Shown here piece by piece: positions 19,576 to 29,009 of a stretch of DNA of 42,487 nucleotides (position 1 is its first letter; every line of letters begins with the position of its first letter). Below the pieces are notes generated by a model. That model did not search any database. It saw only the letters and a list, made by a program, of their open reading frames with translations, and had not been told where the DNA came from. The translations under genes and the position numbers were made by a program. The stretch lies in the sequence record SRR31156797_10525, one strand, 5' to 3'.

Positions 19576-22554
19576 TCATTTCCCTATCGAAAAACCCGAA
19601 ATATTTAAACCCAGCAACAATTCATGTTTTATTTGATGATTCTGATGTATGAGCTCTGCCGCACGATAACCGATAGTAACCGGGAACATAAACCTAAAAA
19701 GATGTGCTTCGCTTTTAAGCTCTATCCCTGTTGAAATGTAGTTTTGTGTAAGATGATTGGACTGACCGGAAGTATATCTTATTTCTGATTGAGTTTGACT
19801 ATAATCGAAAAACAGATTACAGTTAATTCGCTTTAGATATAACACTCCCGGAATAGTTAAATCCGGGTTAGATAATGGAAATATATAATCCCCTTTAAAA
19901 CTATACATCTTATCGTTGGGTTGAGCTATATACCCCCGGGGCATGGTAAAATAATCGCCATAAGTATTAAAAACATACTGATTATTCGATACACTCTGAT
20001 CACCCTTGGTTTTATATTGATAGGCATTATCCAAACGCAGGGCATCGTGTTTGCCAATTCCTGGCAGATACAAGCGGGTAAATAGGCCAGCAATTCCACC
20101 TCGGTTTGTATTCCCCCATGGCGAATGCTGATAAACCAACTCCGCAACCTGCCCCCATCGGTAAGCTACATCTCGTGCTGCCTTATATTTTAATCGATGA
20201 AAATACAAGCTATATTCCAGACTTTGAAAGTTTAATCCCTCCACATTTAAATTGTATGAGCTTACCGGTCTCAGGTAATTACCCACCATGGTATACTTTT
20301 CTCTGGATACGGCGTAATCATGTTCTTTGATCAGATTATATTGTACAGATGGCTTTAGATAAACACTATGGTTAGTCCTTGAAAAATTTAATGGTAACGA
20401 TATTCCGGTTTCTATTCTAAATCGATTATTCTTCACCCCTGAGCTATAAAATGTGTCCGTCGCATTGGCATAAAACCCTTCTTTTATTTTCTGATAATCG
20501 CCCATATACATATTCATGGACAACAAAGGATACCAGCCCTGATACTCGAAACCTACGTAATATTTTTCGTGCATATATTGTGGATCGGCATTCCAGCCTA
20601 CCGTGGTAATAGCCGTTCCCAACAGATTTTGCGATTGAACAGAAATTCCCTGCCTTACCTCTGTATCTTTGATATTGATAAATGCCGGCGCCCAACTATG
20701 TGGTTGAAAAAGATTCCATTTAGAGTATTTACTTACATTGTAATCTGCTTGATCATCTATCAAACTAAAATCAGGTTTTTCCTGTTCCTGCTCACTAATG
20801 GCTTCATACAGTTTGGGTGAATGATCTTTCACCTCTGCAACCGGCATCCAATTCTCCTCTTGTATTTTGGTCTTTACCAACTGATATCCATCCGAAGTAT
20901 AATGCGCATACACCAACTCATCCCCGCTTACTGTAGCTGCTGTTGCCCCGTATTTAGATTGCGTCAACTGAAATACTTCGCCATCGCGAATGGTGTATAT
21001 TTCTTCCTTGCCGCTATAAGTCCCTGTAAAATATATGTCGTCCCGATCTCCCCATCGTGCCAAAGAAATCTCTTTAAAAGATGGTGGTAAAACTTCTTGC
21101 CATTTGCCCGTTTCTGTATTTAAAACCACAATCGATTTTCCTTTTTCAGACAAAGCTATGCAAACCAATTTATTGCCTTGTTTATTCCATGATGGGGTAA
21201 ATAAATAGTTGTTGTCTCCATATGTAAACTCATTGACCTTATCTCCATTGTCCTCATCTAATAAAACCAAGCTATAGCTATTATCCAAATCCACCTCCAC
21301 GGCTGCTATTCGTTTCCCATCCGGATGCAAAGCAGGTGAAAACAATCGCGATTTATAAGTTATCTTGTTAAGCTTATGTGTTTCTAAATCGTAGGTCTTA
21401 ATTACAGAATACATTCTATTTTCCCACCTGGCATCGGGTTCCAACTGCGCCCAACATAAAACATGACCACTAAGCGAAAAAGGTTCCCGGTTTCGGTTAC
21501 CCGGAGTTACAATATTTTCATAATCTCCATTCGCATTTACTTTAACAAATCGTCTTACTTCACCCGGCCCTGATATCGAAGCCACCCAAAGATTCGTATC
21601 TAATTGCAGTGGATATTCAAAATTAACAAAACGACTATCCGTTGGCGCAATGGAATGATAGGTACTTAAGTTTGTTTGATTATTCTGCTCGTCCCATTTT
21701 TGTTTTAAATCACCGAATACCTCTTTATAAAGAGATACCTTGTTAATGCCACTTACTTTCTTCTGACCTGAATTAAAAGGTGTAAATCCCTGACTATTTC
21801 TTCCTGTATTGAACAAGGCACTTTCCCATATTTCCTTGCCGTATTTTGCCCTTGCTCCTGCAACCAACTGATACCCCATTTCATAATGATCCGGAACAAA
21901 ATCCTTATATGAGCCAAACATGGCCTTTTCGTAGGAATACAATTTTTTTTCCAATACTTGTGCCTTCATGGCCTGCTCAAAAGCCGGAGATCTACCCCGC
22001 CCGCTTTGAGTTAATGCTGTTTCTGTAGCCACCGCATCACCTTCTAAAAACCACATGGGAACATACATACCCAATACTGCACCCACAGCCTGTTCTCCAA
22101 AAATATAAGACATCATGTTGGTAAATCCGGTATTCAATTTATCAATTTGCACTACATGCCTGAATTCATGTATGCCCAATTGCTGCAACCAAATTTGAGG
22201 ATACATATCTTGGTGTGGAGTTGGATATAATTCAATGCGCTTGGGAGCCCAGGTAACAAAACCATTGGAATAAGCCGTTTCACTATGAATAAGAACACTA
22301 ATTTTACGTGGTTTATGATTCAACGAGTTTCCTCCAAATTTGTATATTTCCTCCAGAACCTTAGCTATATATTGCCCTTTTTCACTAAATCGCTCAGGAA
22401 AAACAACCTTAAAATTCTCCGTTTCTATCTTGTACCATTGTATACTGGCCGGATCAGCACCTGAAGTATAATATTGTGCTCTTCCTGCATTCGACAAAAA
22501 CACTAATAAAATAATGGCGATATACTGAAGCAATTTATTCTTAATGGTATTCAT
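19576..22554 (-). CDS. Outer-membrane protein with N-terminal gluzincin-like metallopeptidase domain, TolB/PD40-like beta-propeller and C-terminal Omp85-like beta-barrel
   Basis: Signal peptide ending AGRA-Q. HEFRH plus downstream WFLEGDA. Propeller motifs FSPALHPDGKRIA and FTPSWNKQGNKL. C-terminal amphipathic strands with MPRGY and STGIEL. Confidence 0.7.
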   Translation of the reverse strand: MNTIKNKLLQYIAIILLVFLSNAGRAQYYTSGADPASIQWYKIETENFKVVFPERFSEKGQYIAKVLEEIYKFGGNSLNHKPRKISVLIHSETAYSNGFVTWAPKRIELYPTPHQDMYPQIWLQQLGIHEFRHVVQIDKLNTGFTNMMSYIFGEQAVGAVLGMYVPMWFLEGDAVATETALTQSGRGRSPAFEQAMKAQVLEKKLYSYEKAMFGSYKDFVPDHYEMGYQLVAGARAKYGKEIWESALFNTGRNSQGFTPFNSGQKKVSGINKVSLYKEVFGDLKQKWDEQNNQTNLSTYHSIAPTDSRFVNFEYPLQLDTNLWVASISGPGEVRRFVKVNANGDYENIVTPGNRNREPFSLSGHVLCWAQLEPDARWENRMYSVIKTYDLETHKLNKITYKSRLFSPALHPDGKRIAAVEVDLDNSYSLVLLDEDNGDKVNEFTYGDNNYLFTPSWNKQGNKLVCIALSEKGKSIVVLNTETGKWQEVLPPSFKEISLARWGDRDDIYFTGTYSGKEEIYTIRDGEVFQLTQSKYGATAATVSGDELVYAHYTSDGYQLVKTKIQEENWMPVAEVKDHSPKLYEAISEQEQEKPDFSLIDDQADYNVSKYSKWNLFQPHSWAPAFINIKDTEVRQGISVQSQNLLGTAITTVGWNADPQYMHEKYYVGFEYQGWYPLLSMNMYMGDYQKIKEGFYANATDTFYSSGVKNNRFRIETGISLPLNFSRTNHSVYLKPSVQYNLIKEHDYAVSREKYTMVGNYLRPVSSYNLNVEGLNFQSLEYSLYFHRLKYKAARDVAYRWGQVAELVYQHSPWGNTNRGGIAGLFTRLYLPGIGKHDALRLDNAYQYKTKGDQSVSNNQYVFNTYGDYFTMPRGYIAQPNDKMYSFKGDYIFPLSNPDLTIPGVLYLKRINCNLFFDYSQTQSEIRYTSGQSNHLTQNYISTGIELKSEAHLFRFMFPVTIGYRAAELIHQNHQIKHELLLGLNISGFSIGK

Positions 22555-22794
22555 TTATATTCCCCTTATGGAAGTAATAATTAACTTTTACTTTGTAAAT
22601 AACGCAAAAATTCAATTGATATTCGGTTTTTAATGCATGAATCAGGAATCACTGAACAAGAAGTCTTGTATAACCCTTCCGAGTTATAAAACTTTCACAA
22701 AACATTGATGATTCTAAATAAATTCTTCATCTTTAGAATGTGTATTTACAGTGTTTATATCAAACAGCAGATACCATAACATTACTTTATTAGA

Positions 22795-24483
22795 ATGGAA
22801 AAAATTATCATATACCAAGTCCTTACTCGTTTGTTTGGCAATCAGAATACAACCAATATCCCACACGGTACCATTGAAGAAAATGGCTGTGGAAAAATGG
22901 CAGACTTTACTCCCAAGGCGCTTGAAGAAATTAAAAATATGGGTACAACTCACATTTGGTACACGGGTATTATTGAGCATGCTTTGGTAACAGATTACAG
23001 TGCCCACAACATTGCAAAAGACTTTCCGGAGGTAGTTAAAGGTAAGGCTGGTTCTCCTTATGCAATTAAAGATTATTACGACATTAATCCAGACTTGGCA
23101 GTAGATGTAAACCAACGTATGAATGAATTCGAAAATTTGGTTTCCAGAACTCACGAACAAGATCTTAAGGTAATCATCGATTTTGTCCCTAATCATCTAG
23201 CACGTAATTATGTTTCCGATAATAAACCGGATGGTATTGAAGATTTTGGAGCAAGCGATAACACTAACGTCAACTTTGAAGCTCAAAATAATTTCTATTA
23301 CATTCCCGGTGAAGATTTTAACGGTCCGGTTACTGCGCAGGGTGCAGAACATTTAGTTGAGTCTCCAGCCAGAGTAACCGGTAACGACTGCCTCACATCA
23401 AAACCCGGCATTAACGATTGGTACGAAACTGTTAAATTAAACTACGGTGTTAATTTATTCGATCATAATAAAAAACATTTTGATCCCATCCCCAACACCT
23501 GGTTTAAAATGCTCGACATTCTTCTGTTCTGGTCATCGAAAAACATTGATGGATTCAGATGTGATATGGCTGAAATGGTGCCTGTTGAGTTCTGGCACTG
23601 GGTTATTCCTCAGGTAAAAGATAAATATCCGCACATTATATTTATTGCAGAAGTATATAATCCTGATCTATACCGTCAGTATATTACATTTGGTGGGTTC
23701 GACTTTTTATATGATAAAGTAGGAATGTATGACACCTTAAAACTTATTATTCAAGGTCACGAAAAACCTACAGCCATAACCAAGGCCTGGGATGTTTTAA
23801 ATGGTATCCATCAGCACATGTTATTCTTTTTAGAAAACCATGATGAACAACGTATAGCCTCACCTTTCTTTGCTGGCAATGCTCATTCTGCACTTCCTGC
23901 ATTATTTGTTTCAGGAGCTATATACTCCAATCCATTGATGCTATATTTTGGACAGGAACTTGGAGAAGCCGGAATGGACAAAGAGGGGTTTAGCGGAGAA
24001 GATGGTCGAACTACCATTTTTGATTATTGGGGAATTGAGAGATATCAACAATGGGTTAATCAAGGTAACTTTGATGGTGGCCAATTAAATGATGAATGGA
24101 CAGAACTAAGGAGTTGGCATCAGAATTTTCTTAACATTATTAAATCACACGAAGCTATAACAAAGGGTAAATTCTATGATCTAATGTGGTCAAACGAAGA
24201 CAATAATGATTTTGATACGAATAAGATGTATACTTTTTTAAGATATACTGATGAAAAGATATTATTGTGCATCGTTAATTTTTCCGGAGAAAAAATCAGA
24301 GCTCGTTTAAAAATTCCAGCTCATGCATTTTTTACTCTGGGTGTCGAAAGCAATAAGTATTTTAAAGGAGAAGATATTATTGGAGGAAAGAGCAAAGTCA
24401 GCTTTCCTCAGGAAGTTGCCATAACCAATGGAGTTGGTTTTAAAATACAGCCTTATTCCGGCAGGATGTACGAGTTAAAATAG
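22795..24483 (+). CDS. GH13 alpha-amylase family glycosidase (cytoplasmic, GH13_38-like)
   Basis: GSPYAIKDYY, IDFVPNH, GFRCDMAE (Asp), FIAEVY (Glu), FLENHDE (Asp). No signal peptide. Confidence 0.9.
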   Translation: MEKIIIYQVLTRLFGNQNTTNIPHGTIEENGCGKMADFTPKALEEIKNMGTTHIWYTGIIEHALVTDYSAHNIAKDFPEVVKGKAGSPYAIKDYYDINPDLAVDVNQRMNEFENLVSRTHEQDLKVIIDFVPNHLARNYVSDNKPDGIEDFGASDNTNVNFEAQNNFYYIPGEDFNGPVTAQGAEHLVESPARVTGNDCLTSKPGINDWYETVKLNYGVNLFDHNKKHFDPIPNTWFKMLDILLFWSSKNIDGFRCDMAEMVPVEFWHWVIPQVKDKYPHIIFIAEVYNPDLYRQYITFGGFDFLYDKVGMYDTLKLIIQGHEKPTAITKAWDVLNGIHQHMLFFLENHDEQRIASPFFAGNAHSALPALFVSGAIYSNPLMLYFGQELGEAGMDKEGFSGEDGRTTIFDYWGIERYQQWVNQGNFDGGQLNDEWTELRSWHQNFLNIIKSHEAITKGKFYDLMWSNEDNNDFDTNKMYTFLRYTDEKILLCIVNFSGEKIRARLKIPAHAFFTLGVESNKYFKGEDIIGGKSKVSFPQEVAITNGVGFKIQPYSGRMYELK

Positions 24484-24499
24484 GATATAAAATAACTCT

Positions 24500-24530
24500 T
24501 ATTCAATTTATATGCATTTTAAATTGAATA
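24500..24530 (+). terminator. AT-rich hairpin after the GH13 gene
   Basis: TATTCAATTTA / TAAATTGAATA 11-bp inverted repeat; no strong U-tail. Confidence 0.4.
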
Positions 24531-24615
24531 CAAATACAAGTTTACTCTTTCATATTCCTCTCAGATACACTATATTATATAAGTATTTGTTAACTTTTAT
24601 CCGGAGGAATAGTTT

Positions 24616-24942
24616 ATGTCAACAGTTGATTTATCATTAAACATCTCTTTAGATGATTCAGAGTTTATTCAGGTTGAAGATCATATTTATACAACCCACG
24701 AATCTTTAAACCGCGAAGAACCTACACTTCACTTTATTGGAACGAATTGTTTAAGTATCCTTAAGAAATTTGAAGGCCGATTAACCCGTAATATTATTGA
24801 CGAATGGTTGCTACTTTCAAAAGCACTTGATCAGACTTGCAGTTTTAGCAACCGATGGAATGATGAAAAAATTATTGAGGAATTAATTCAAGGAGTTGAG
24901 CATCCTGTTTCCTGGTATGTTCATAATTGCTGCGTTGCTTAA
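24616..24942 (+). CDS. Hypothetical acidic protein, 108 aa
   Basis: ORF fills the intergenic gap, has GGAGG 8 nt upstream and is followed by a terminator. No family recognised. Confidence 0.7.
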   Translation: MSTVDLSLNISLDDSEFIQVEDHIYTTHESLNREEPTLHFIGTNCLSILKKFEGRLTRNIIDEWLLLSKALDQTCSFSNRWNDEKIIEELIQGVEHPVSWYVHNCCVA

Positions 24943-24963
24943 GATTTCCCTTACCCTTTTAAC

Positions 24964-25009
24964 AAAAAATAATGCGCCAATTTAGTTCTGCTAAATTGGC
25001 GTTTCTTTT
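24964..25009. terminator. Bidirectional terminator between convergent genes
   Basis: CGCCAATTTAG (24975-24985) / CTAAATTGGCG (24991-25001), flanked by A-rich and T-rich tracts. Confidence 0.8.
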
Positions 25010-26294
25010 ACATCGGCTCTGTACTAACCGAGCCTTTTGCCAAATGTAATACTGTAATTTCAGGGTGCATGCCTATTCGAGCTGGCATACCTAAAAAGCC
25101 TAAACCTCTATTTACATACATATATTGGCTTTTATGTTGGTATAATCCATCCCACCTTTTGAACTTATATTTAGCCGGACTCCATCTGAATCCTTTCCAA
25201 TCTATACCAAACTGCATTCCATGCGTATGACCCGCCAGCATTAAATCGATGTTTGTTTTATCAATAACCTCTGCATCCCAATGATCCGGATCATGAGACA
25301 TCAAAATTTTAAATGGATACGATTCTGTTCCTTTTAGAGCTTTATTTAAATCACCGTATCGAGGAAATGGATCATGTCCCCAGTTTTCAACACCAGTCAA
25401 GGCAATCTCTTCGCCATTTAAATTAACCGCAACTGATTTATCGCGCAATAGTGTAAATCCAAATCTTTTATGCGCATCTACAATTCCTTGAAAGTTCTTA
25501 GCTTTTTCTTCTGGTGAATTCCAATCTGTATAATCTCCATAATCATGATTACCCAAGATTGAAAACTTACCATATTTGGCCTTTAATTTCGTAAATACCT
25601 TTTCCCAACCTAATGTTTCTTCATGAAAATTATTAACTAAGTCACCGGTAAAAAGAATTAAATCAGCCTGTTCTTCGTTAATAATATCTACGATTCCTTC
25701 CAGTTTATGATAATTACTGGCAAAAGAACCTAAATGAATATCAGAAATCTGCACTACTTTAAAACCATCAAAGGCAGAAGGCAGATTTGGGAAATTAAGT
25801 TTTTGATGACGCGTAAAAAATGCGAATCTCCCTCGGTGCATCCCAAACAGCAATGAAATAAATGGTGCAGTTGCAAATATGATTCCTACCTGACTTAAAA
25901 ATTTACTTCTGGTAATTTTGGGGTATCGAATAGTAGTTTGTTCTTTTGAATACTTCTTATTTCGGGCTATTTCAAGAAATTTAGAAATGACGACAAACAA
26001 GAAATAATAAAACAGAAAGAATACTTTTGGCATATAAATCAGCCCAAAAGTAATATTGGCTGTCATAAACCAAAGATAAAAGCCCGGCGCCGTTGCCGAT
26101 CTAATATTAGTTGCAAAAAATAAATAAGTTAATATTTCTGTTATGGGAACAATTCCCAGAAGAATTATTGCCAGCCATTTATACCATTTTCTTTCAGATT
26201 CGCTTCTCTCCCTCTTCCAAATCCAAAAGCCTAATAAATCAATTACGATAATAAATAGTGCAATAAAAATAAAACCCGATATTGTTATCTTCAT
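25008..26294 (-). CDS. Membrane-anchored metallophosphoesterase (YkuE/YaeI-like)
   Basis: N-terminal TM helices; motifs SDIH, GDLVN, GNHD, SHDP, GHTHG. Confidence 0.9.
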   Translation of the reverse strand: MKITISGFIFIALFIIVIDLLGFWIWKRERSESERKWYKWLAIILLGIVPITEILTYLFFATNIRSATAPGFYLWFMTANITFGLIYMPKVFFLFYYFLFVVISKFLEIARNKKYSKEQTTIRYPKITRSKFLSQVGIIFATAPFISLLFGMHRGRFAFFTRHQKLNFPNLPSAFDGFKVVQISDIHLGSFASNYHKLEGIVDIINEEQADLILFTGDLVNNFHEETLGWEKVFTKLKAKYGKFSILGNHDYGDYTDWNSPEEKAKNFQGIVDAHKRFGFTLLRDKSVAVNLNGEEIALTGVENWGHDPFPRYGDLNKALKGTESYPFKILMSHDPDHWDAEVIDKTNIDLMLAGHTHGMQFGIDWKGFRWSPAKYKFKRWDGLYQHKSQYMYVNRGLGFLGMPARIGMHPEITVLHLAKGSVSTEPM

Positions 26295-26384
26295 CTCAAA
26301 TAAATAAGTTTCCTCACTACGTCTCTAAAATATCCTGGTCTCCAATAATTAATGCAGTTTACGGCAGGTATGTGGAATGGTTAG

Positions 26385-26618
26385 TTAATAATCGTTAAAT
26401 AATCTATTTTGCTTTGGCTGTACTTTTTTAATACTAGCTTCCCGTTGACAAAAACAATCCATATGCTTTTGCACTATTTCTTTTAGTTCTGCGTCGGACA
26501 TCGATTTCCACTTTTCGAATCGTTCCCGTACATCTAATTTTTTAAACTCGCTTATGGCACATCCTTCGACCGAATCTTTCAAAGGACATTCAAAAAGCAA
26601 TCCTGTATAATCCATCAT
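26385..26618 (-). CDS. Small Cys/His-containing hypothetical protein, 77 aa
   Basis: CP-x7-C ... H-x2-C-x-C pattern; sits between the DUF4861 terminator and the phosphoesterase gene. Confidence 0.65.
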   Translation of the reverse strand: MMDYTGLLFECPLKDSVEGCAISEFKKLDVRERFEKWKSMSDAELKEIVQKHMDCFCQREASIKKVQPKQNRLFNDY

Positions 26619-26797
26619 ATCTTAATCGCCCCCACTTCGACATTAATAAATAAGGTTGTATTGTAATAAGATTATATTCCCCTGAGAAATAATAACGTTT
26701 TATGCGTTAAGATTCCGCTACTAAAATATAATCTATTTCGAAAGAAAACAAATATCTACACACATTAAACGCTTCTGTAAGAGAAATATTACCCAAT

Positions 26798-26833
26798 AAA
26801 AAACCCTGATAAATAGAGATTCACCAGGGTTTT
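26798..26833 (-). terminator. Intrinsic terminator after the DUF4861 gene
   Basis: AAAACCCTG (26800-26808) / CAGGGTTTT (26825-26833) with an A-run. Confidence 0.7.
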
Positions 26834-26864
26834 AAAATTAATCAGTTAAACTATGGCATAGGCT

Positions 26865-28037
26865 TTATTCGCCTATTTTAATGGTCAATGGATTTTGTAC
26901 TTGCTTAGCAAATAAAGTTAAGTACTTTTCCCATGCTTCTTTGCCTTCGAACTGCTTACTGCCACTCCATGCAAATCCACCATAATACTCCACTTTACCA
27001 TCAATTACTTTAAGATGAACTAATAAGTGACTCTTATCCTTTTCTTCACTTATTACTTCTGAATAACCAGCAAAGTATTTTGGATCAACAACAATTGCAT
27101 TTCCTAGTTCTTCTCCAAAATGTGGTGACCAGTATCCTGCCCAAACAGCAGTCGAGTCAACTGAAACTCCCCCTTTCTTATCATGTAAAGTAATTCCGGT
27201 AGTCAAAGTATCGGTACCTTCAACTTCAATAACAAACTTGGTTAAATTGCTACCCAGGTCAATAGCTAATTGCTTTTTCTCCTGAATATTGGCATCACCA
27301 GCCTTATAAGGTGCATAATCTAAATTAAAAGTTGTATTGATAGGCCCATTATTAACTACTTTATAAGCTGTATAATTAACATGAGGATATAAATTTCCCT
27401 GATACATTACACCAGTACCTCCACAACCTAGACTTGGCCCAACATGATAGTTATCCAAACCTTCGCCTCGATCTTGATGGTAATAATTAGGATTATCTAA
27501 ATAACCTTTGTACCACTTATTAATAACAGAATAGTCGACTTTCTTTAACCAGCAATCAACACCTCCGGATAAAGTTCCACCATTTACGCCCTCTTCAACC
27601 ATTTTTTGAGCCTTCGGACCATAAACACGAAATCCGACCCGATCATTCTCCCAGGTAAAATCATCGGTACGCTCAGGTACAAAGCGTGCATATGTTTTTA
27701 CCTCGGTTGGTTCTATCGAAGATTCTCCTTGCTTTACAATAAAGGATTGTGCTTCTTTTGCTTTTAAGGATACCTGAAAAATCACCGCCTCATAAATACT
27801 ATCACCATCTGTATCTAAAAGCTGACTTAATATTTCATCTCCCGATTCCTTCTCCAATACCACAAATGCATCTTTTGAAGCAAACTGTCCTAAATCAACT
27901 TTTACAGTTTCAATTCCTCTATCAAAATTGGTGGGATTTGAAACAGTTACATCAAACTGGTTTTGCTGACAAGTACATGCTCCAAGCACAGTGGCTATAA
28001 GTGCAACCGGAAAAATTTTACGTATCAAACTTTTCAT
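26865..28037 (-). CDS. DUF4861 family lipoprotein (uronate/pectin-utilisation associated)
   Basis: Lipobox LGA-C. RFVPERTDDFTWENDRVGFRVYGP, SGGVDCWLK, GLDNYHVGPSLGCGG. Confidence 0.85.
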   Translation of the reverse strand: MKSLIRKIFPVALIATVLGACTCQQNQFDVTVSNPTNFDRGIETVKVDLGQFASKDAFVVLEKESGDEILSQLLDTDGDSIYEAVIFQVSLKAKEAQSFIVKQGESSIEPTEVKTYARFVPERTDDFTWENDRVGFRVYGPKAQKMVEEGVNGGTLSGGVDCWLKKVDYSVINKWYKGYLDNPNYYHQDRGEGLDNYHVGPSLGCGGTGVMYQGNLYPHVNYTAYKVVNNGPINTTFNLDYAPYKAGDANIQEKKQLAIDLGSNLTKFVIEVEGTDTLTTGITLHDKKGGVSVDSTAVWAGYWSPHFGEELGNAIVVDPKYFAGYSEVISEEKDKSHLLVHLKVIDGKVEYYGGFAWSGSKQFEGKEAWEKYLTLFAKQVQNPLTIKIGE

Positions 28038-28056
28038 ATTTTAAATTGTGGTTTGA

Positions 28057-28854
28057 TTAAATTTCGTTTTCACCTTTTACGTAACCAAAGTTTGCTAAAA
28101 TACCACCATCAACATAAAGGATGTGTCCATTAACAAAATCAGCAGCTTTAGAGCTTAAGAATAAGCAAGCATTACCTACATCTTCTGGCTCTCCCCAACG
28201 TCCTGCTGGTGTACGTGTCATTACCAAATCATTAAATGGGTGACCATTAACACGAATAGGAGCTGTTTGCGAAGTAGCGATATAACCAGGACCAATTCCA
28301 TTCACCTGAAGGTTATATTTTGCCCATTCACAAGTCATGTTTTCTGTAAGCAATTTTAAACCACCTTTAGCTGCAGCATATGCTGAAACATTCTGACGAC
28401 CATAAACACTCATCATAGAACACATGTTGATGATTTTTCCCTGACGACGCTCAATCATTCCCGGAGCAATTCTTTTTGCTACAATAAGAGGAGCCACTAA
28501 GTCAACATCCAATACCATTTCAAAATCTTTGATTGGCATTTCCAGGATTGGAACACGCTTGATGATACCTGCATTATTAACCAAAATATCAATTGGCCCT
28601 ACTTCTTTTTCAATAATGCTAACACCCTTATCTACATCCTCTTCACTCGTAACATTAAAGTTTACAGTAAATACATCAATACCGTCTTTGGCATATTCAG
28701 CTTTACACTCTTCTAACTTTTCATCATTTATATCGTTCACACATAACTTAGCTCCTGCTTTGGCTAACATTTTACCACAAGCCATACCAATACCGTGCGT
28801 ACCTCCTGTAACTAATGCGATCTTACCGGAAAGATCAAATAATTCGTTAATCAT
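28057..28854 (-). CDS. kduD: Gluconate 5-dehydrogenase / 2-dehydro-3-deoxy-D-gluconate 5-dehydrogenase (SDR)
   Basis: TGGTHGIG, NNAG, YAAAK, NGIGPGYIAT, RTPAGRWG. Downstream of kduI. Start moved to ATG 28854 (MINELFDL) because the ORF-track extension overlaps an operator. Confidence 0.85.
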   Translation of the reverse strand: MINELFDLSGKIALVTGGTHGIGMACGKMLAKAGAKLCVNDINDEKLEECKAEYAKDGIDVFTVNFNVTSEEDVDKGVSIIEKEVGPIDILVNNAGIIKRVPILEMPIKDFEMVLDVDLVAPLIVAKRIAPGMIERRQGKIINMCSMMSVYGRQNVSAYAAAKGGLKLLTENMTCEWAKYNLQVNGIGPGYIATSQTAPIRVNGHPFNDLVMTRTPAGRWGEPEDVGNACLFLSSKAADFVNGHILYVDGGILANFGYVKGENEI

Positions 28855-28895
28855 ATTTTTTAGTTTTAATGAATAGTATTTACTAATTCGTTTCT

Positions 28896-28913
28896 TGCGC
28901 AAACGATTGCGCA
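28896..28913. promoter_or_regulatory. LacI-type operator upstream of kduD
   Basis: Near-perfect 18-bp palindrome TGCGCAAACGATTGCGCA with central CG. Confidence 0.75.
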
Positions 28914-28965
28914 TTGTTTAAAATTTTTTAGTCTATTTTTATTGACTACTGATTTGTATTCAAAT

Positions 28966-29003
28966 AAAATGTAGAAACGCAACTAATTGCGTTTCTACAT
29001 TTT
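28966..29003 (-). terminator. Strong hairpin or terminator between kduI and kduD
   Basis: Perfect 17-bp stem AAAATGTAGAAACGCAA / TTGCGTTTCTACATTTT with a 4-nt loop. Confidence 0.75.
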
Positions 29004-29009
29004 GTAAAA

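Noticed and set aside
22714..23196. 160-aa minus-strand ORF, and the other short ORF-track entries nested in long genes (e.g. 32944-33390, 28529-28876, 8906-9235)
   Set aside because: Antisense or alternate-frame shadows of well-supported CDSs, with no independent motifs.
25898..25915. TRSKFL twin-arginine-like motif inside the phosphoesterase
   Set aside because: Internal, lacks the second Arg, and similar motifs are common in this family.
28855..28914. 20-aa N-terminal extension of KduD in the ORF track
   Set aside because: It overlaps the LacI operator, and the SDR fold begins at MINELFDL (28854).
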